A stretch of DNA of 64,000 nt from Patescibacteria group bacterium. Its GTDB lineage: Bacteria; Patescibacteriota; Microgenomatia; UBA8517. Below are positions 29,500 through 38,978 of the stretch, one piece after another. The DNA is taken from positions 13,268 to 77,267 of the forward strand of contig JBBRBD010000004.1 of the NCBI GenBank assembly GCA_038206135.1, read 5' to 3'. The notes under the pieces are model-generated. The model made no database searches and was not told the DNA's origin. It saw only the letters and a program-made list of their open reading frames with translations. Position 1 is the first letter of the stretch; every line of letters starts with the position of its first letter. The position numbers and the translations under genes were made by a program.

Positions 29500-31245
29500 T
29501 TATCCAAAGGTGAAAGCATAAGCCTCGATTCCCTGCGTTTGGAATTCAAGCAGTATAGTATGGCTACCTGGTGAATCACTCAAATCAATAAGATTGTATA
29601 GTCGATCAGTATCTACTGTTACAATTCCATTTTTCACATCTGCACCCGCAGTTGAACTGTCGAGTTCTTTTCCATCAAGCATTATATGGATTCTTCCTGC
29701 GGTTGTACTAGTACCTGGTCTTAATACTAAAAATACTTTGCTTGCAGTAAAACTGTAGTTTAAGGTAGCGTTTTTTGAAGCAATTGCTGCTTCATCTGTA
29801 ATATTCCACTCTCCACCTAAGCTAAATGAGTTTTTAGAAATAATGGGTGACAAGGTATATGTAAATACTCCATTTGAGAGACTTCCACTAGGATAGTAAT
29901 AACTTACCCTTGCTGAACCTAGATATGTTTCAGGTGACTGTGCATTCACCTCATATGTAGGGTTGTGGATCGTTGTGTTCACCCCAGTAGCGCCTGTTTC
30001 TTGCAAAAGCTGCTGTATTACTTTTTCACTTTCATCGTATGAACCCTCCCCAAAATGGGTGTATCGTATAAGTCCATCTTTGTCTATGAAATACTTTGCG
30101 GGCCAATATTGATTATTGTATGCGCGCCAATTTGTAAAACTGTTGTCTTGTACAACTGGATATGTAATTTTAAAATCTTTTAACGCTTGTGCTACATTTT
30201 TGGCATCTTTCTCAAATTCAAATTCTGGTGCATGGACTCCAATAATAACCAGTCCTTTGTCTTTGTATTTTTCATTCCATGAGCGCAAGTACGGTAATGT
30301 TCTCTGGCAATTTATACAAGAGTACGTCCAAAAATCAATTATCACAACTTTTCCTTTCAAAGCTGCAAGTGTAAGCGGATCACTATTGAACCACTCACCG
30401 CCGGCCTTAATCTCAGGGGCCTTTGGGCCTTTTGGTAAAAGATCTGAAATAGACTTGCCCATATCTTCTTTTTGAATTGTTTGTCCGTTAGGGTTATTTT
30501 TATTCAGTTGATTTTGGACCTGAGGATTATCTTCAAATTTGGTCAGTCCGACACCATATTGAGGAAAAGTGTTAAGTACGAATGTTTGAAATTTTCGATC
30601 GAAATTAAAAAATATTGCAATTGCCGTCAATATCATAATTATTCCAAACACTTTCTGAATAATTGCTAAATTAGACAGCAGCCAAGGAACTCTACGAAGT
30701 GCGTTTTGACCGCCTACGATAATAAGAAACATAGGAATCGCAGTACCGAGTGAATAAGCAAGAGTAATAAGAAAGGCGTCAAAAGTGACAGTTCCAGTAA
30801 TAGCAAGTGAAATTACAGAAGCTAAGATAGGCCCGACACATGGAGTCCATAATAATCCAACTGAAAGCCCGATCAGAATCCCTCCCCAAAAACCAGTTTT
30901 ATTTTGGCCAGTGGGCATAAACCTCACAATTTTTGAAAATAATTTTTCTGTGAGTACCTGAAACTGTGGCACCAACAGTGTTGCTCCAAATCCAGCAATA
31001 ACAACGACTGAAACAAGCCTTAATGAATTTGCACTGATTCCGCTTAGTTGAACGATCGTTGATAGGAATAGTGTAAAAAAAGTAAAACTTAATATAAAAC
31101 CAAGCACGACGCCAATCGGTCGTGACTTTCCAGTATTTTTTCCAGCAATACTTGAAGTCAAGATAATTGGGAGAATTGGAAGAATGCAAGGAGAGAGAAT
31201 TGTAATAACTCCAGCTAAAAATGCAAATGCAAGTATAAGTAACAT
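29500..31245 (-). CDS. DipZ-like protein: CcdA/DsbD transmembrane thiol-disulfide transporter fused to a TlpA-type thioredoxin domain and a C-terminal β-domain
   Basis: N-terminal ILSPCILPILP (CcdA Cys), second TM Cys (WTPCVGPIL), redoxin domain IIDFWTYSCINCQRTLPYL (CxxC). Confidence 0.8.
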   Translation of the reverse strand: MLLILAFAFLAGVITILSPCILPILPIILTSSIAGKNTGKSRPIGVVLGFILSFTFFTLFLSTIVQLSGISANSLRLVSVVVIAGFGATLLVPQFQVLTEKLFSKIVRFMPTGQNKTGFWGGILIGLSVGLLWTPCVGPILASVISLAITGTVTFDAFLITLAYSLGTAIPMFLIIVGGQNALRRVPWLLSNLAIIQKVFGIIMILTAIAIFFNFDRKFQTFVLNTFPQYGVGLTKFEDNPQVQNQLNKNNPNGQTIQKEDMGKSISDLLPKGPKAPEIKAGGEWFNSDPLTLAALKGKVVIIDFWTYSCINCQRTLPYLRSWNEKYKDKGLVIIGVHAPEFEFEKDAKNVAQALKDFKITYPVVQDNSFTNWRAYNNQYWPAKYFIDKDGLIRYTHFGEGSYDESEKVIQQLLQETGATGVNTTIHNPTYEVNAQSPETYLGSARVSYYYPSGSLSNGVFTYTLSPIISKNSFSLGGEWNITDEAAIASKNATLNYSFTASKVFLVLRPGTSTTAGRIHIMLDGKELDSSTAGADVKNGIVTVDTDRLYNLIDLSDSPGSHTILLEFQTQGIEAYAFTFG

Positions 31246-31761
31246 TTAGATATTTTTTATATGAGAAAGTAATTCGTCTATCTGACCACCATTCCATTTC
31301 ATTACGACATTCCCATTCTCGTCAATTTGAACAAAAGTATGTTGATATGTAATTCCATACGTTTCTGCTAACCCTTTTTCATCTTGGTCTGTATCTGTAT
31401 CATTATAATTCACACGTAACAGTGTTACATTTTTGGGGATTTTATTTGCATTTGCTTTAAAATTCGCATCTGCAGGTCTACATGTTGGGCACCAGTTTGC
31501 ATAAAAGAATAGGATTCTTTGAGTTGATGCTGTATTTAAAAATACTGACTTTGTGTATTCTTGATAATGATTATTATTCATGACATCTCCAGTCATTGGT
31601 TCCTCAGCATTTTTCTTGTTAGCAGAATCGGTTGTCTGTCCCGTAGTCTCAACATTCATCATTTCGACATGAGGTTTATCTTTAGAAAAAAGATACAGGA
31701 TACCGACACTAATAAGAAGTACTAGTACTAAAACAAAAAGTTTCTTTGAGGTTTTTAACAT
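31246..31761 (-). CDS. secreted thioredoxin-fold thiol-disulfide oxidoreductase
   Basis: Signal/TM anchor, then LFFYANWCPTCRPADANF (CPTC active site). Stop-start abutting the DipZ-like gene. Confidence 0.7.
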   Translation of the reverse strand: MLKTSKKLFVLVLVLLISVGILYLFSKDKPHVEMMNVETTGQTTDSANKKNAEEPMTGDVMNNNHYQEYTKSVFLNTASTQRILFFYANWCPTCRPADANFKANANKIPKNVTLLRVNYNDTDTDQDEKGLAETYGITYQHTFVQIDENGNVVMKWNGGQIDELLSHIKNI

Positions 31762-31815
31762 GAAATCAGCATAAAGAGTTTAAAAATAAATGTCAAGGAT
31801 ACTTAACATTTCGAC

Positions 31816-32169
31816 TCACCTTTTCTTCTGTGAATATATGCGAGAAATGAGTTTAGAAAAAACCATTCCACAGAGTGCAATTACGATCCACTGATCAATT
31901 GCATGTCGCAATGCTTGCACAATTATTCCTAAAGTTAAAATACCTGCACCAACAAGGTATGAAATTCTTCCTGCAGTTAACACATGCATAGCTTCCCTCT
32001 CGTCTGAGGACTTTTCTTTAAATAAGTATGTAGCAAATGTAAGAAACGCAATAATAATTATCAAAATAAGCATTGATTGCATGTTTTGAGGCATTGAAAG
32101 ATTCCCTGGGTTTAAAAACAAGACTGCGATTCCCAAAATTACAACTGCGCTCAAAGTTTCAATTATCAT
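31816..32169 (-). CDS. small membrane protein (DUF2178-like), partner of an XRE regulator
   Basis: 117 aa, 3-4 TM. Overlaps the upstream HTH gene stop by 4 nt, the usual XRE+DUF2178 pairing. Confidence 0.45.
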   Translation of the reverse strand: MIIETLSAVVILGIAVLFLNPGNLSMPQNMQSMLILIIIIAFLTFATYLFKEKSSDEREAMHVLTAGRISYLVGAGILTLGIIVQALRHAIDQWIVIALCGMVFSKLISRIYSQKKR

Positions 32170-32375
32170 AATTCCTTTATTTTAAACAATTTTTCAACAG
32201 AAGTCTTAAAATATCTTGCAATTTTAAGTGACAAATAGACTGAGGGGGTATAGTTTCCTTTTTCTATTGCAATAATAGTTTGTCGAGTTACTCCAATTTG
32301 ACGCGCAAGCTCTTCTTGTGTGATTTTATTCTTAGTTCGATATATTTGCACAAAACTCTCAACAGTTTGATTCAT
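32166..32375 (-). CDS. XRE-family (Cro/C1-type) HTH transcriptional regulator
   Basis: ITQEELARQIGVTRQTIIAIEKGNYTPSVYLSLKIARYF is the canonical HTH_XRE. Confidence 0.75.
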   Translation of the reverse strand: MNQTVESFVQIYRTKNKITQEELARQIGVTRQTIIAIEKGNYTPSVYLSLKIARYFKTSVEKLFKIKEL

Positions 32376-32423
32376 CGTGAACGTATTTTACATGATTAAA
32401 AGAAACTGCGGAGAGATAGGGGG

Positions 32424-32876
32424 TTAACATCCATGAGCACAACCTTGAGTAATAACTATTGCAAACCACGAATAGAGTAGTAGTGTTGGGATAAGTGCGA
32501 AAAGCGATACTTTCAAAAAGTCTACATTTTTGTTTTGCAACGAATATTTACGCATCAAAAACTGTTGAAGTGGCAATACAACGAGTGAAGGAACTAGCAA
32601 CAAAACGAAAGCGTTTATGTAAGTTTCCGATTGTATCAAATCAAACAATGAAGGAGATATATAAGCCGCTACAAAAACTAGAACTATTCTAAGGAAAACA
32701 ACGAGCATATACACTAAATATGTTTTTAGTCGTAATATTTCTAGTTTTTTTCGTTTCATAAAAAAACTAAAAAGGCCAAATTCAGGTAGCACAAGTAGCG
32801 TAACTGGCACAATTAATACTTCTAAAAAAAACGAGGGTGCATGCATAATTCCAGAAATCAGATTTTCGATGTTCAT
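32424..32876 (-). CDS. polytopic membrane protein, unknown function
   Basis: 150 aa, 4 TM. C-terminal CAHGC. Confidence 0.3.
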   Translation of the reverse strand: MNIENLISGIMHAPSFFLEVLIVPVTLLVLPEFGLFSFFMKRKKLEILRLKTYLVYMLVVFLRIVLVFVAAYISPSLFDLIQSETYINAFVLLLVPSLVVLPLQQFLMRKYSLQNKNVDFLKVSLFALIPTLLLYSWFAIVITQGCAHGC

Positions 32877-32989
32877 ATCTTTATAATGACAAAAAAATAT
32901 ACATTTGACTACCAGGACAAATATTTGCCTGTTATATAAGTGAAGAGTACACTATGGGTATCAGACAGTAACAAAAACAGGAGTATATC

Positions 32990-33979
32990 ATGTTTAAGTT
33001 TTTCAAACTGATTGCAGTTTTAGTCATGTTGGTCGCACCTTTCAAAGCCGATGCACAAAGTCCGTTTGGTTCAGTATGGTATTCGATATTAAATTATCAG
33101 AACCACCGAGAAGTCTCATTTACCGGTATTAATTTCCAACCTAATACCCAAATATTTGTGAGTTCACAGATTATAAGTGGAGGATGTGATTCACAGATGA
33201 ACTATCAATATATTTTGGTCGGAACTACGACAAATACTGGGTCGTTCGTGTTTACAGATCAAATAAAGTGTAGCGCGACAGTACTCTACCAATTCTTGAT
33301 TGGATATCAGAATGTTCCGGTGAATGTAACAACCGAGTTTACAGTTCAAACAGTTGAGCTTAACGACCCTAATGCCTGTTCAGTAGGTGCAAAATTGAGT
33401 GTTGGTATGACTGTCGCGACAACAAGAGGTCTCGACGGCTGGATGAAACCTAATATGGATATTCATGCCAATGACGGCAAACCACTTTCGTATTATGAAA
33501 CAGGAAAAGTCTTGCACATTATCCAAGGCCCATATTGTAACGAGATTGGGATGTGGTGGCGAGTTTCTTATCGGTATTCCTTTGTACGAGACGGTCTAAC
33601 AATCCCGACTGAAAGTGTTTCCTGGGTTCAGGATGAAGTAAACAACTCAACAACGCTGTATCAACTGCAAGGAAGTGGTATTGAACTTGTTTCATATCCT
33701 GCATTTACTAGCGTTCAACCAACAGCAGTAAGCGTTATGAGTATTCAAGGTCAAAGAATGTTTGACAACCCAACACTCAAAGGAGCACGAGTAGCCGCGT
33801 TAAAAACAGGTGACGGTGCAGTGCAGGTTCTTGGACAAAACATGAATGGAACTTTCCTAAAAGTTTCCCGAGCAGATGGAATTGTTGGCTGGATTTGTAG
33901 TCATTTAACAATAAACGATGTTTGGGCATTTCAGGTGCCTGTTGTAGATCAAACATCTGAAGAATGTTACATACAGTAA
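32990..33979 (+). CDS. secreted protein with bacterial SH3-like domains
   Basis: Signal peptide (MFKFFKLIAVLVMLVAPFKADA). SH3b-like segments (GKVLHIIQGPYCNEIGMWWRVSY; GAVQVLGQNMNGTFLKVSRADGIVGWI). Confidence 0.45.
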   Translation: MFKFFKLIAVLVMLVAPFKADAQSPFGSVWYSILNYQNHREVSFTGINFQPNTQIFVSSQIISGGCDSQMNYQYILVGTTTNTGSFVFTDQIKCSATVLYQFLIGYQNVPVNVTTEFTVQTVELNDPNACSVGAKLSVGMTVATTRGLDGWMKPNMDIHANDGKPLSYYETGKVLHIIQGPYCNEIGMWWRVSYRYSFVRDGLTIPTESVSWVQDEVNNSTTLYQLQGSGIELVSYPAFTSVQPTAVSVMSIQGQRMFDNPTLKGARVAALKTGDGAVQVLGQNMNGTFLKVSRADGIVGWICSHLTINDVWAFQVPVVDQTSEECYIQ

Positions 33980-34000
33980 CAATTCTCAATAACAAACTAA

Positions 34001-34025
34001 ACGAGCGATTATATCGCTCGTTTTT
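34001..34025 (+). terminator. Rho-independent terminator
   Basis: ACGAGCGATtatATCGCTCGT followed by TTTTT. Confidence 0.55.
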
Positions 34026-34112
34026 ATTTGTGAGAATAAAATAATTCGACTCACTCCAACATGCAGTCCTTCAAGATGAAACAAGAATTAGAAGCAGAAT
34101 ATTTACAAAATG

Positions 34113-34185
34113 TGACCCCATTGGAATTCGAATCCAAGTTCCCAGAATGAGAATCTGGTGTCCTAGGCCACTAGACGATGGGGCC
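34113..34185 (-). tRNA. tRNA-Glu (anticodon CUC)
   Basis: Reverse complement GGCCCCA-TC-GTCT-AGTGGCCTA-GGAC-A-CCAGA-TTCTCAT-TCTGG-GAAC-TTGGA-TTCGAAT-TCCAA-TGGGGTC-A. 7-bp acceptor with one G·U, 4-bp D stem, 5-bp anticodon stem with U33 and A37, TTCGAAT T-loop. 73 nt, CCA not encoded. Confidence 0.7.
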
Positions 34186-34254
34186 AAAATACTAGATAAC
34201 CTCGATATTTTACCTTATAATTCCTGTAATCACAATTAAACGAGGAATTAAAGA

Positions 34255-34884
34255 GTGAGTAAAAAAACTGCTAAGCATTATTACAGATTGCGTGTTAAAG
34301 CAGCACGGATGATTGAACAAGATTCCCTTATCACAGGGAAGTTGCTGTCTAAATATCTAGATATACGACACGCGACTGCATGTTTTTGGATTCGAACATA
34401 TAAGGAGCACGGGATAAATGCATTACTCTCGATTGACGTTAGTAGTAAACGACTGATTAGTATTAGACAGATAGATCAATTAAGAATAGCTATGCAAGTT
34501 CCGCCAACCAGATATGGTTTTACCGATGATGAATGGACTACAGGTGTGGTTGCTGTCTACATTCGGCAGAGATTTAACATTAGATATAGTTCACCAGATA
34601 CAATGCGACGGATCCTAAAGGTTCACGGAATAATCCCCGTGAGGAGTAACAAATCGATAAACATCGATGCAAAGCTACAAGAGCTTATTTTGTTGATTGA
34701 TGAGAAGACACCTAAAGACTTTGGTTTTGACGCGAAGATTTGGACTGTTAAAACAATTGGCAAAGTGGCAATTAATACTATTGGAATTGGTTTAGGTGAT
34801 AACAGGATATATGTATTATTGTGTCGGATGGGATGGTCGTATCAGAAATATAAAGAAGAAGCATTAAAAAAAACCGCCAAATAA
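34255..34884 (+). mobile_element. IS630/Tc1-like transposase remnant: HTH / winged-HTH N-terminal region only, no DDE domain
   Basis: 209 aa. Two copies of the IS630 wHTH motif (DDEWTTGVVAVYIRQRFNIRYSSPDTMRRILKVHGI; DAKIWTVKTIGKVA...IYVLLCRMGWSYQKYK). ORF ends at a terminator before lon. No DDE_3-like sequence in any frame nearby. Confidence 0.45.
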
Positions 34885-34896
34885 ATGGCGGTTTTT
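34871..34896. terminator. bidirectional intrinsic terminator between the transposase-like gene and lon
   Basis: AAACCGCCAaataaaTGGCGGTTT flanked by an A-run upstream and a T-run downstream. Confidence 0.55.
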
Positions 34897-34916
34897 CCTT
34901 TTTCTTGAGGAGTCTT

Positions 34917-37337
34917 TTATGTTGCAGTTATAAAAGAACTGGCTCCTCGTTTCTTTTTTGCTACTCCCACAAATGGATCTCGAACAAGCGCTGTCTCTAA
35001 AACACTGACCACATTATCGTTGAACAAAAATCGGATATCTTTCTTGACATTCTCTGGTACATCTTCCATATCTTTTTCATTATCTTTCGGAAGTAAAATT
35101 GTTTTTAATCCTGCTCTGTGAGCTGCAACAACTTTTTCTTTGACTCCCCCAATTTCTAAAACTCTCCCTCTTAGTGTTACTTCACCGGTCATACCCACAT
35201 CTCGTTTCACTGGAATCCCGGTTACTGCAGAAACTAAAGCAGTTGTAAGTGCAACTCCTGCAGATGGACCATCTTTTGGTGTGGCTCCTTCAGGCACATG
35301 TACATGAACGTCAATCGTTCTGAGGAAGTCCTTATTTACTCCAAGTTCTTCAGCATGAGCTCTCGTCCATGTAAATGCAGCCTTTGCACTTTCCTTCATA
35401 ACACTACCAAGTTGTCCAGTAAGCGTAAGTTTCCCCGTTCCTGGCATTAGAGCTACTTCTACAAACAAAATCTCTCCTCCAACTGAAGTGACGGCAAGAC
35501 CTGTCGACATTCCAACTTCATCGCTTTTCCCGGCAATCTGAGATGAGAATCTACGAGGACCTAAATATTTAGGCAAATCATCCACTTCAATTTTTACTTT
35601 CAATTTATTGTCTTCAGCCGTTGCACGAGCCACTTTTCTACAAATTGCTGCCATATTACGCTCAAGTTCACGTACCCCAGCTTCACGTGTGTAATTTTTT
35701 ACCACATCTCGAAGCGCTTCTTCAGAAATTGTTACTTTCTTTTCTTCCAGACCATGTGCCTTTAGCTGCTTTGGCCACAAGTATTTTTGTGCAATTTGGA
35801 ACTTCTCGTCATCGATGTATCCAGCAAATCGAATAATTTCAAGTCTGTCTCTTAGTGGTCCTGGAATTGTGTCGAGAACATTGGCTGTACAAATAAACAT
35901 AACTTGTGACAGATCAAATGGAACTTCCAAATAATGGTCAGAAAATTCTTTATTTTGTTCCGGGTCTAATATTTCCAAAAGTGCGGCAGAAGGGTCTCCT
36001 CTATAATCCATTCCAAGCTTGTCTATTTCATCAAGCATAAATACAGGATTTCTTGTGCCAGACGATTTAATGCTCTGCAAAATTCTACCTGGAAGAGCAC
36101 CTACATAAGTCCTTCTGTGACCTCGAAGCTCTGCTTCATCTCGGATGCCGCCCAATGAAACTCTTTGGAATTCACGACCTATAGCTTTAGCAATAGATTT
36201 ACCGATCGAAGTTTTTCCAACCCCGGGAGGTCCAACAAAACAAAGAATTGTTGGGTGCGAACCCATTGCTTCTCCCTTTTTTGCATCTTTAGCTCGTAAA
36301 TCTTCTTTAAGTTTCATTACAGATAAAAACTCTAAAATACGCTCTTTTGCTTTCCCCAAACCATAATGATCGTGGTCTAAAGTTTCACCAGCTTTTTCTA
36401 CTGAAACTTTGGTTGGAGTAATTACGTTCCACGGCATATCGCATAACCAATCTAAATAATTACGAATATATCCAGTTTCTGGGTTGTGAGGTGACATATT
36501 CGATAGGCGCTTGTATTCTTTCATTGCCTTTTCGTACACGTCTTTTGGCATTTTTGCTTTACGAATTCTTGCTTTATATTCTGAAATGTCATCTTCTTCA
36601 TCTTCTCCACCTTCTCCAAGTTCCTGTTCAATCGCATGCTTCCTTTCTCTCAAAATACTTTTCTTCATTTGGTCATCAAATCTTTTTTGAGTTTTGACGG
36701 AAATGGTGCGTTCAAGCTCTAATACAGAAACTTCGTGCGTTGTAAATTCTAAAACTTTCTCGAGTCTATTTTTCACGGAAAGATCTTCAAGAAGTGCTTG
36801 TTTTTCTTCTGTTTTAATTTCCAATACTGCAGCAACAGAATCAACCAACTCAACAATATCTGTGTGTTGTGAAAGAATCCTCATAATTGTCGTAATCTCA
36901 ACACTCTTACCAAGATTTACAGCCTTTCTAAATAGCTCTACGAGCCGTTTGCTCATAGCTTCAACTTCAGTGTCATCAAAATGTTCTTCTGATAGTTCCT
37001 CGACTCGAGCAACTAAATATGGTTCTTCTGACAAATTTTCGACTAATCGCACTCTGTGTTGTCCACGCACCATCGCATGAATTTCGCCATCTGTAGTCAT
37101 CATTTGTGTGATCACAACTAGAGTTCCGATAGGGTATAAGTCTGAAAGTGTTGGGTCAGGCATGTTCGGTTCTTTTTGAGTAAAAATAGCAACGACGCGA
37201 TCATCTTGATATGCAGCATCAACTGCAGCAATTGACTTCGGTCGACCAAATGAAAGGAGTGAATCAGTGTGTGGAAATACAACAGAACCACGAACAGGAA
37301 CAACTGGAATTGGTTTAGAAGTGACTTGGTTTTCCAT
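34917..37337 (-). CDS. lon: ATP-dependent Lon protease
   Basis: 806 aa. LON N-domain, Walker A GPPGVGKTS, catalytic Ser context PKDGPSAGVALTTALVSAVTG, catalytic Lys in GGVKEKVVAAHRAG. Confidence 0.95.
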   Translation of the reverse strand: MENQVTSKPIPVVPVRGSVVFPHTDSLLSFGRPKSIAAVDAAYQDDRVVAIFTQKEPNMPDPTLSDLYPIGTLVVITQMMTTDGEIHAMVRGQHRVRLVENLSEEPYLVARVEELSEEHFDDTEVEAMSKRLVELFRKAVNLGKSVEITTIMRILSQHTDIVELVDSVAAVLEIKTEEKQALLEDLSVKNRLEKVLEFTTHEVSVLELERTISVKTQKRFDDQMKKSILRERKHAIEQELGEGGEDEEDDISEYKARIRKAKMPKDVYEKAMKEYKRLSNMSPHNPETGYIRNYLDWLCDMPWNVITPTKVSVEKAGETLDHDHYGLGKAKERILEFLSVMKLKEDLRAKDAKKGEAMGSHPTILCFVGPPGVGKTSIGKSIAKAIGREFQRVSLGGIRDEAELRGHRRTYVGALPGRILQSIKSSGTRNPVFMLDEIDKLGMDYRGDPSAALLEILDPEQNKEFSDHYLEVPFDLSQVMFICTANVLDTIPGPLRDRLEIIRFAGYIDDEKFQIAQKYLWPKQLKAHGLEEKKVTISEEALRDVVKNYTREAGVRELERNMAAICRKVARATAEDNKLKVKIEVDDLPKYLGPRRFSSQIAGKSDEVGMSTGLAVTSVGGEILFVEVALMPGTGKLTLTGQLGSVMKESAKAAFTWTRAHAEELGVNKDFLRTIDVHVHVPEGATPKDGPSAGVALTTALVSAVTGIPVKRDVGMTGEVTLRGRVLEIGGVKEKVVAAHRAGLKTILLPKDNEKDMEDVPENVKKDIRFLFNDNVVSVLETALVRDPFVGVAKKKRGASSFITAT

Positions 37338-37376
37338 AAGAAACTTTAGCAGTCTAACAATATGAGTGCTATTCTG

Positions 37377-37847
37377 TCAACCCCTTAATTTTCTGTTTCT
37401 TCTGAGTTGAACGTGTACAGTATCAAAAAACAAGGCTATTGTCACTCCCACCAACATTCCAAATGCGATATCTATTGGGTAGTGAACTTGTGCTGCAACT
37501 CGTCCTATCGAAATAAGTGTTGAAATAGTTAAAAAGAAAATTCCCAAGCGTTTTCTGTGAAGTGCAGTTATAGTAGAAACAGCAAATGCAATCGCCGCAT
37601 GAGCCGAAGGAAAACTTGGGAAGAGTGTGAGACCAGCCTCAGGAAGAGAGCCATCAGTTTGAAATGGCCGTGGAACAATAAAAAGCTCCTTCAGGATAAT
37701 TACAACTACAAGAGTTATAAAGAAAACGAGAACTACGTGCCAAAACACTTCTCTATCTTTTTTGTTTACATAAAGTATCGCCAGGATAAGTGCAACGAGT
37801 AAGAAAACTCCGTTAGTATTCAAAAAATAGATGAGTGGGTTATTCAT
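37377..37847 (-). CDS. PAP2-family lipid phosphatase
   Basis: Motif SFPSAHAAIAF (PSGH box variant) and C-terminal membrane-embedded motif. Confidence 0.65.
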   Translation of the reverse strand: MNNPLIYFLNTNGVFLLVALILAILYVNKKDREVFWHVVLVFFITLVVVIILKELFIVPRPFQTDGSLPEAGLTLFPSFPSAHAAIAFAVSTITALHRKRLGIFFLTISTLISIGRVAAQVHYPIDIAFGMLVGVTIALFFDTVHVQLRRNRKLRG

Positions 37848-38544
37848 GTATTACAATCCGGGTTCCTGGATTTTCGTCTGAAGCTCTCACCATATTCTTC
37901 CCATCGGGTAGTACAGGAGTTGTCCATTCATACAAAACTTTTGCGATTGGCGTCGGTAAATTTACACATCCATGACTGTGTACCTTCCCAAAGTCGTTGT
38001 GCCAATATGTGCCATGTAGTCCGTATCCTAATGACGCGGCCACCTTACTGTTATCAAAAAACATTACATAAGGCACATTGGGGAGGTTGTAGTATCTACT
38101 ACCCTCTCCACCTTCCATTTTGGTAGCTCGAATTTTCATCCACACATGAAATTCTCCCGTGGGTGTTTCGGTACCGGGAAGTCCGGTTGAAACTGGAGTT
38201 TCTAGGTACAAATCTTTTCCATCCCATGCTCGCAATTTCTGTTCAGATAAATCTACCTCAATCCACCGCTCTGATGGATCGGCTACCCCTAAAACTTTTG
38301 TTTCTGTGTTAGCGCTATCTGCTAGATAATCATTTGGAATACTCATTTGTTTTCCTTCCCAATACGCAATACTTGCAGTTGGATCAATCATGCCCGTCGT
38401 ATCGTTTGTTTCACACGCGCTTGGAGCTGCTTCAACCATTGTAGTCTTGACTGTAGTTCTCCATAAAACTCCCATGGCAAATAGGAAGAGAACGGGAATT
38501 AAATACAAATATGGGCGAATCTTTTTATATGCGTGTTTGGTCAC
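37840..38544 (-). CDS. L,D-transpeptidase (YkuD domain)
   Basis: N-terminal anchor. Catalytic HGTYWHNDFGKVHSHGCVNL (His...Cys). Confidence 0.75.
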   Translation of the reverse strand: MTKHAYKKIRPYLYLIPVLFLFAMGVLWRTTVKTTMVEAAPSACETNDTTGMIDPTASIAYWEGKQMSIPNDYLADSANTETKVLGVADPSERWIEVDLSEQKLRAWDGKDLYLETPVSTGLPGTETPTGEFHVWMKIRATKMEGGEGSRYYNLPNVPYVMFFDNSKVAASLGYGLHGTYWHNDFGKVHSHGCVNLPTPIAKVLYEWTTPVLPDGKNMVRASDENPGTRIVIHE

Positions 38545-38573
38545 AGTTCATGCTACATGAGACAGAAGTATAA

Positions 38574-38978
38574 TTGCAAAAGAAATTGTATAATCGAAGG
38601 ATGGGACATAATCATCCACTCCTGAAAAGCTTTAGATATGCATTTGATGGCTTTAAAACTGCATTTAAACAGGAGCCCAATCTACGCTTTCATCTAGTAG
38701 TGGCAATTGGAGCAATTGTAGCGGGGCTCTTCCTTCATCTTTCAACAACTGAGTGGTCAATCCTAGTGATTACTATTTCAATGGTAATTATTTTAGAGCT
38801 CTTAAACACAACTATTGAAGAATTGGTCGACCTCGCTAGTCCAACAATTCATCCTAAAGCAAAAATTGCAAAAGATGTGGCGGCAGCAGCAGTTTTGTTA
38901 TCGGCAATTACTGCTGTAACTATTGGCGTCTTACTCTTCCTTCCGAAGCTCCTCCAGCTTCACGGCATTCTCTATTGA
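38574..38978 (+). CDS. dgkA: diacylglycerol kinase / undecaprenol kinase family (DgkA)
   Basis: 134 aa, 3 TM. N-terminal amphipathic helix KSFRYAFDGFKTAFKQEPNLRFH and the ELLNT.IE motif. Confidence 0.75.
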   Translation: MQKKLYNRRMGHNHPLLKSFRYAFDGFKTAFKQEPNLRFHLVVAIGAIVAGLFLHLSTTEWSILVITISMVIILELLNTTIEELVDLASPTIHPKAKIAKDVAAAAVLLSAITAVTIGVLLFLPKLLQLHGILY

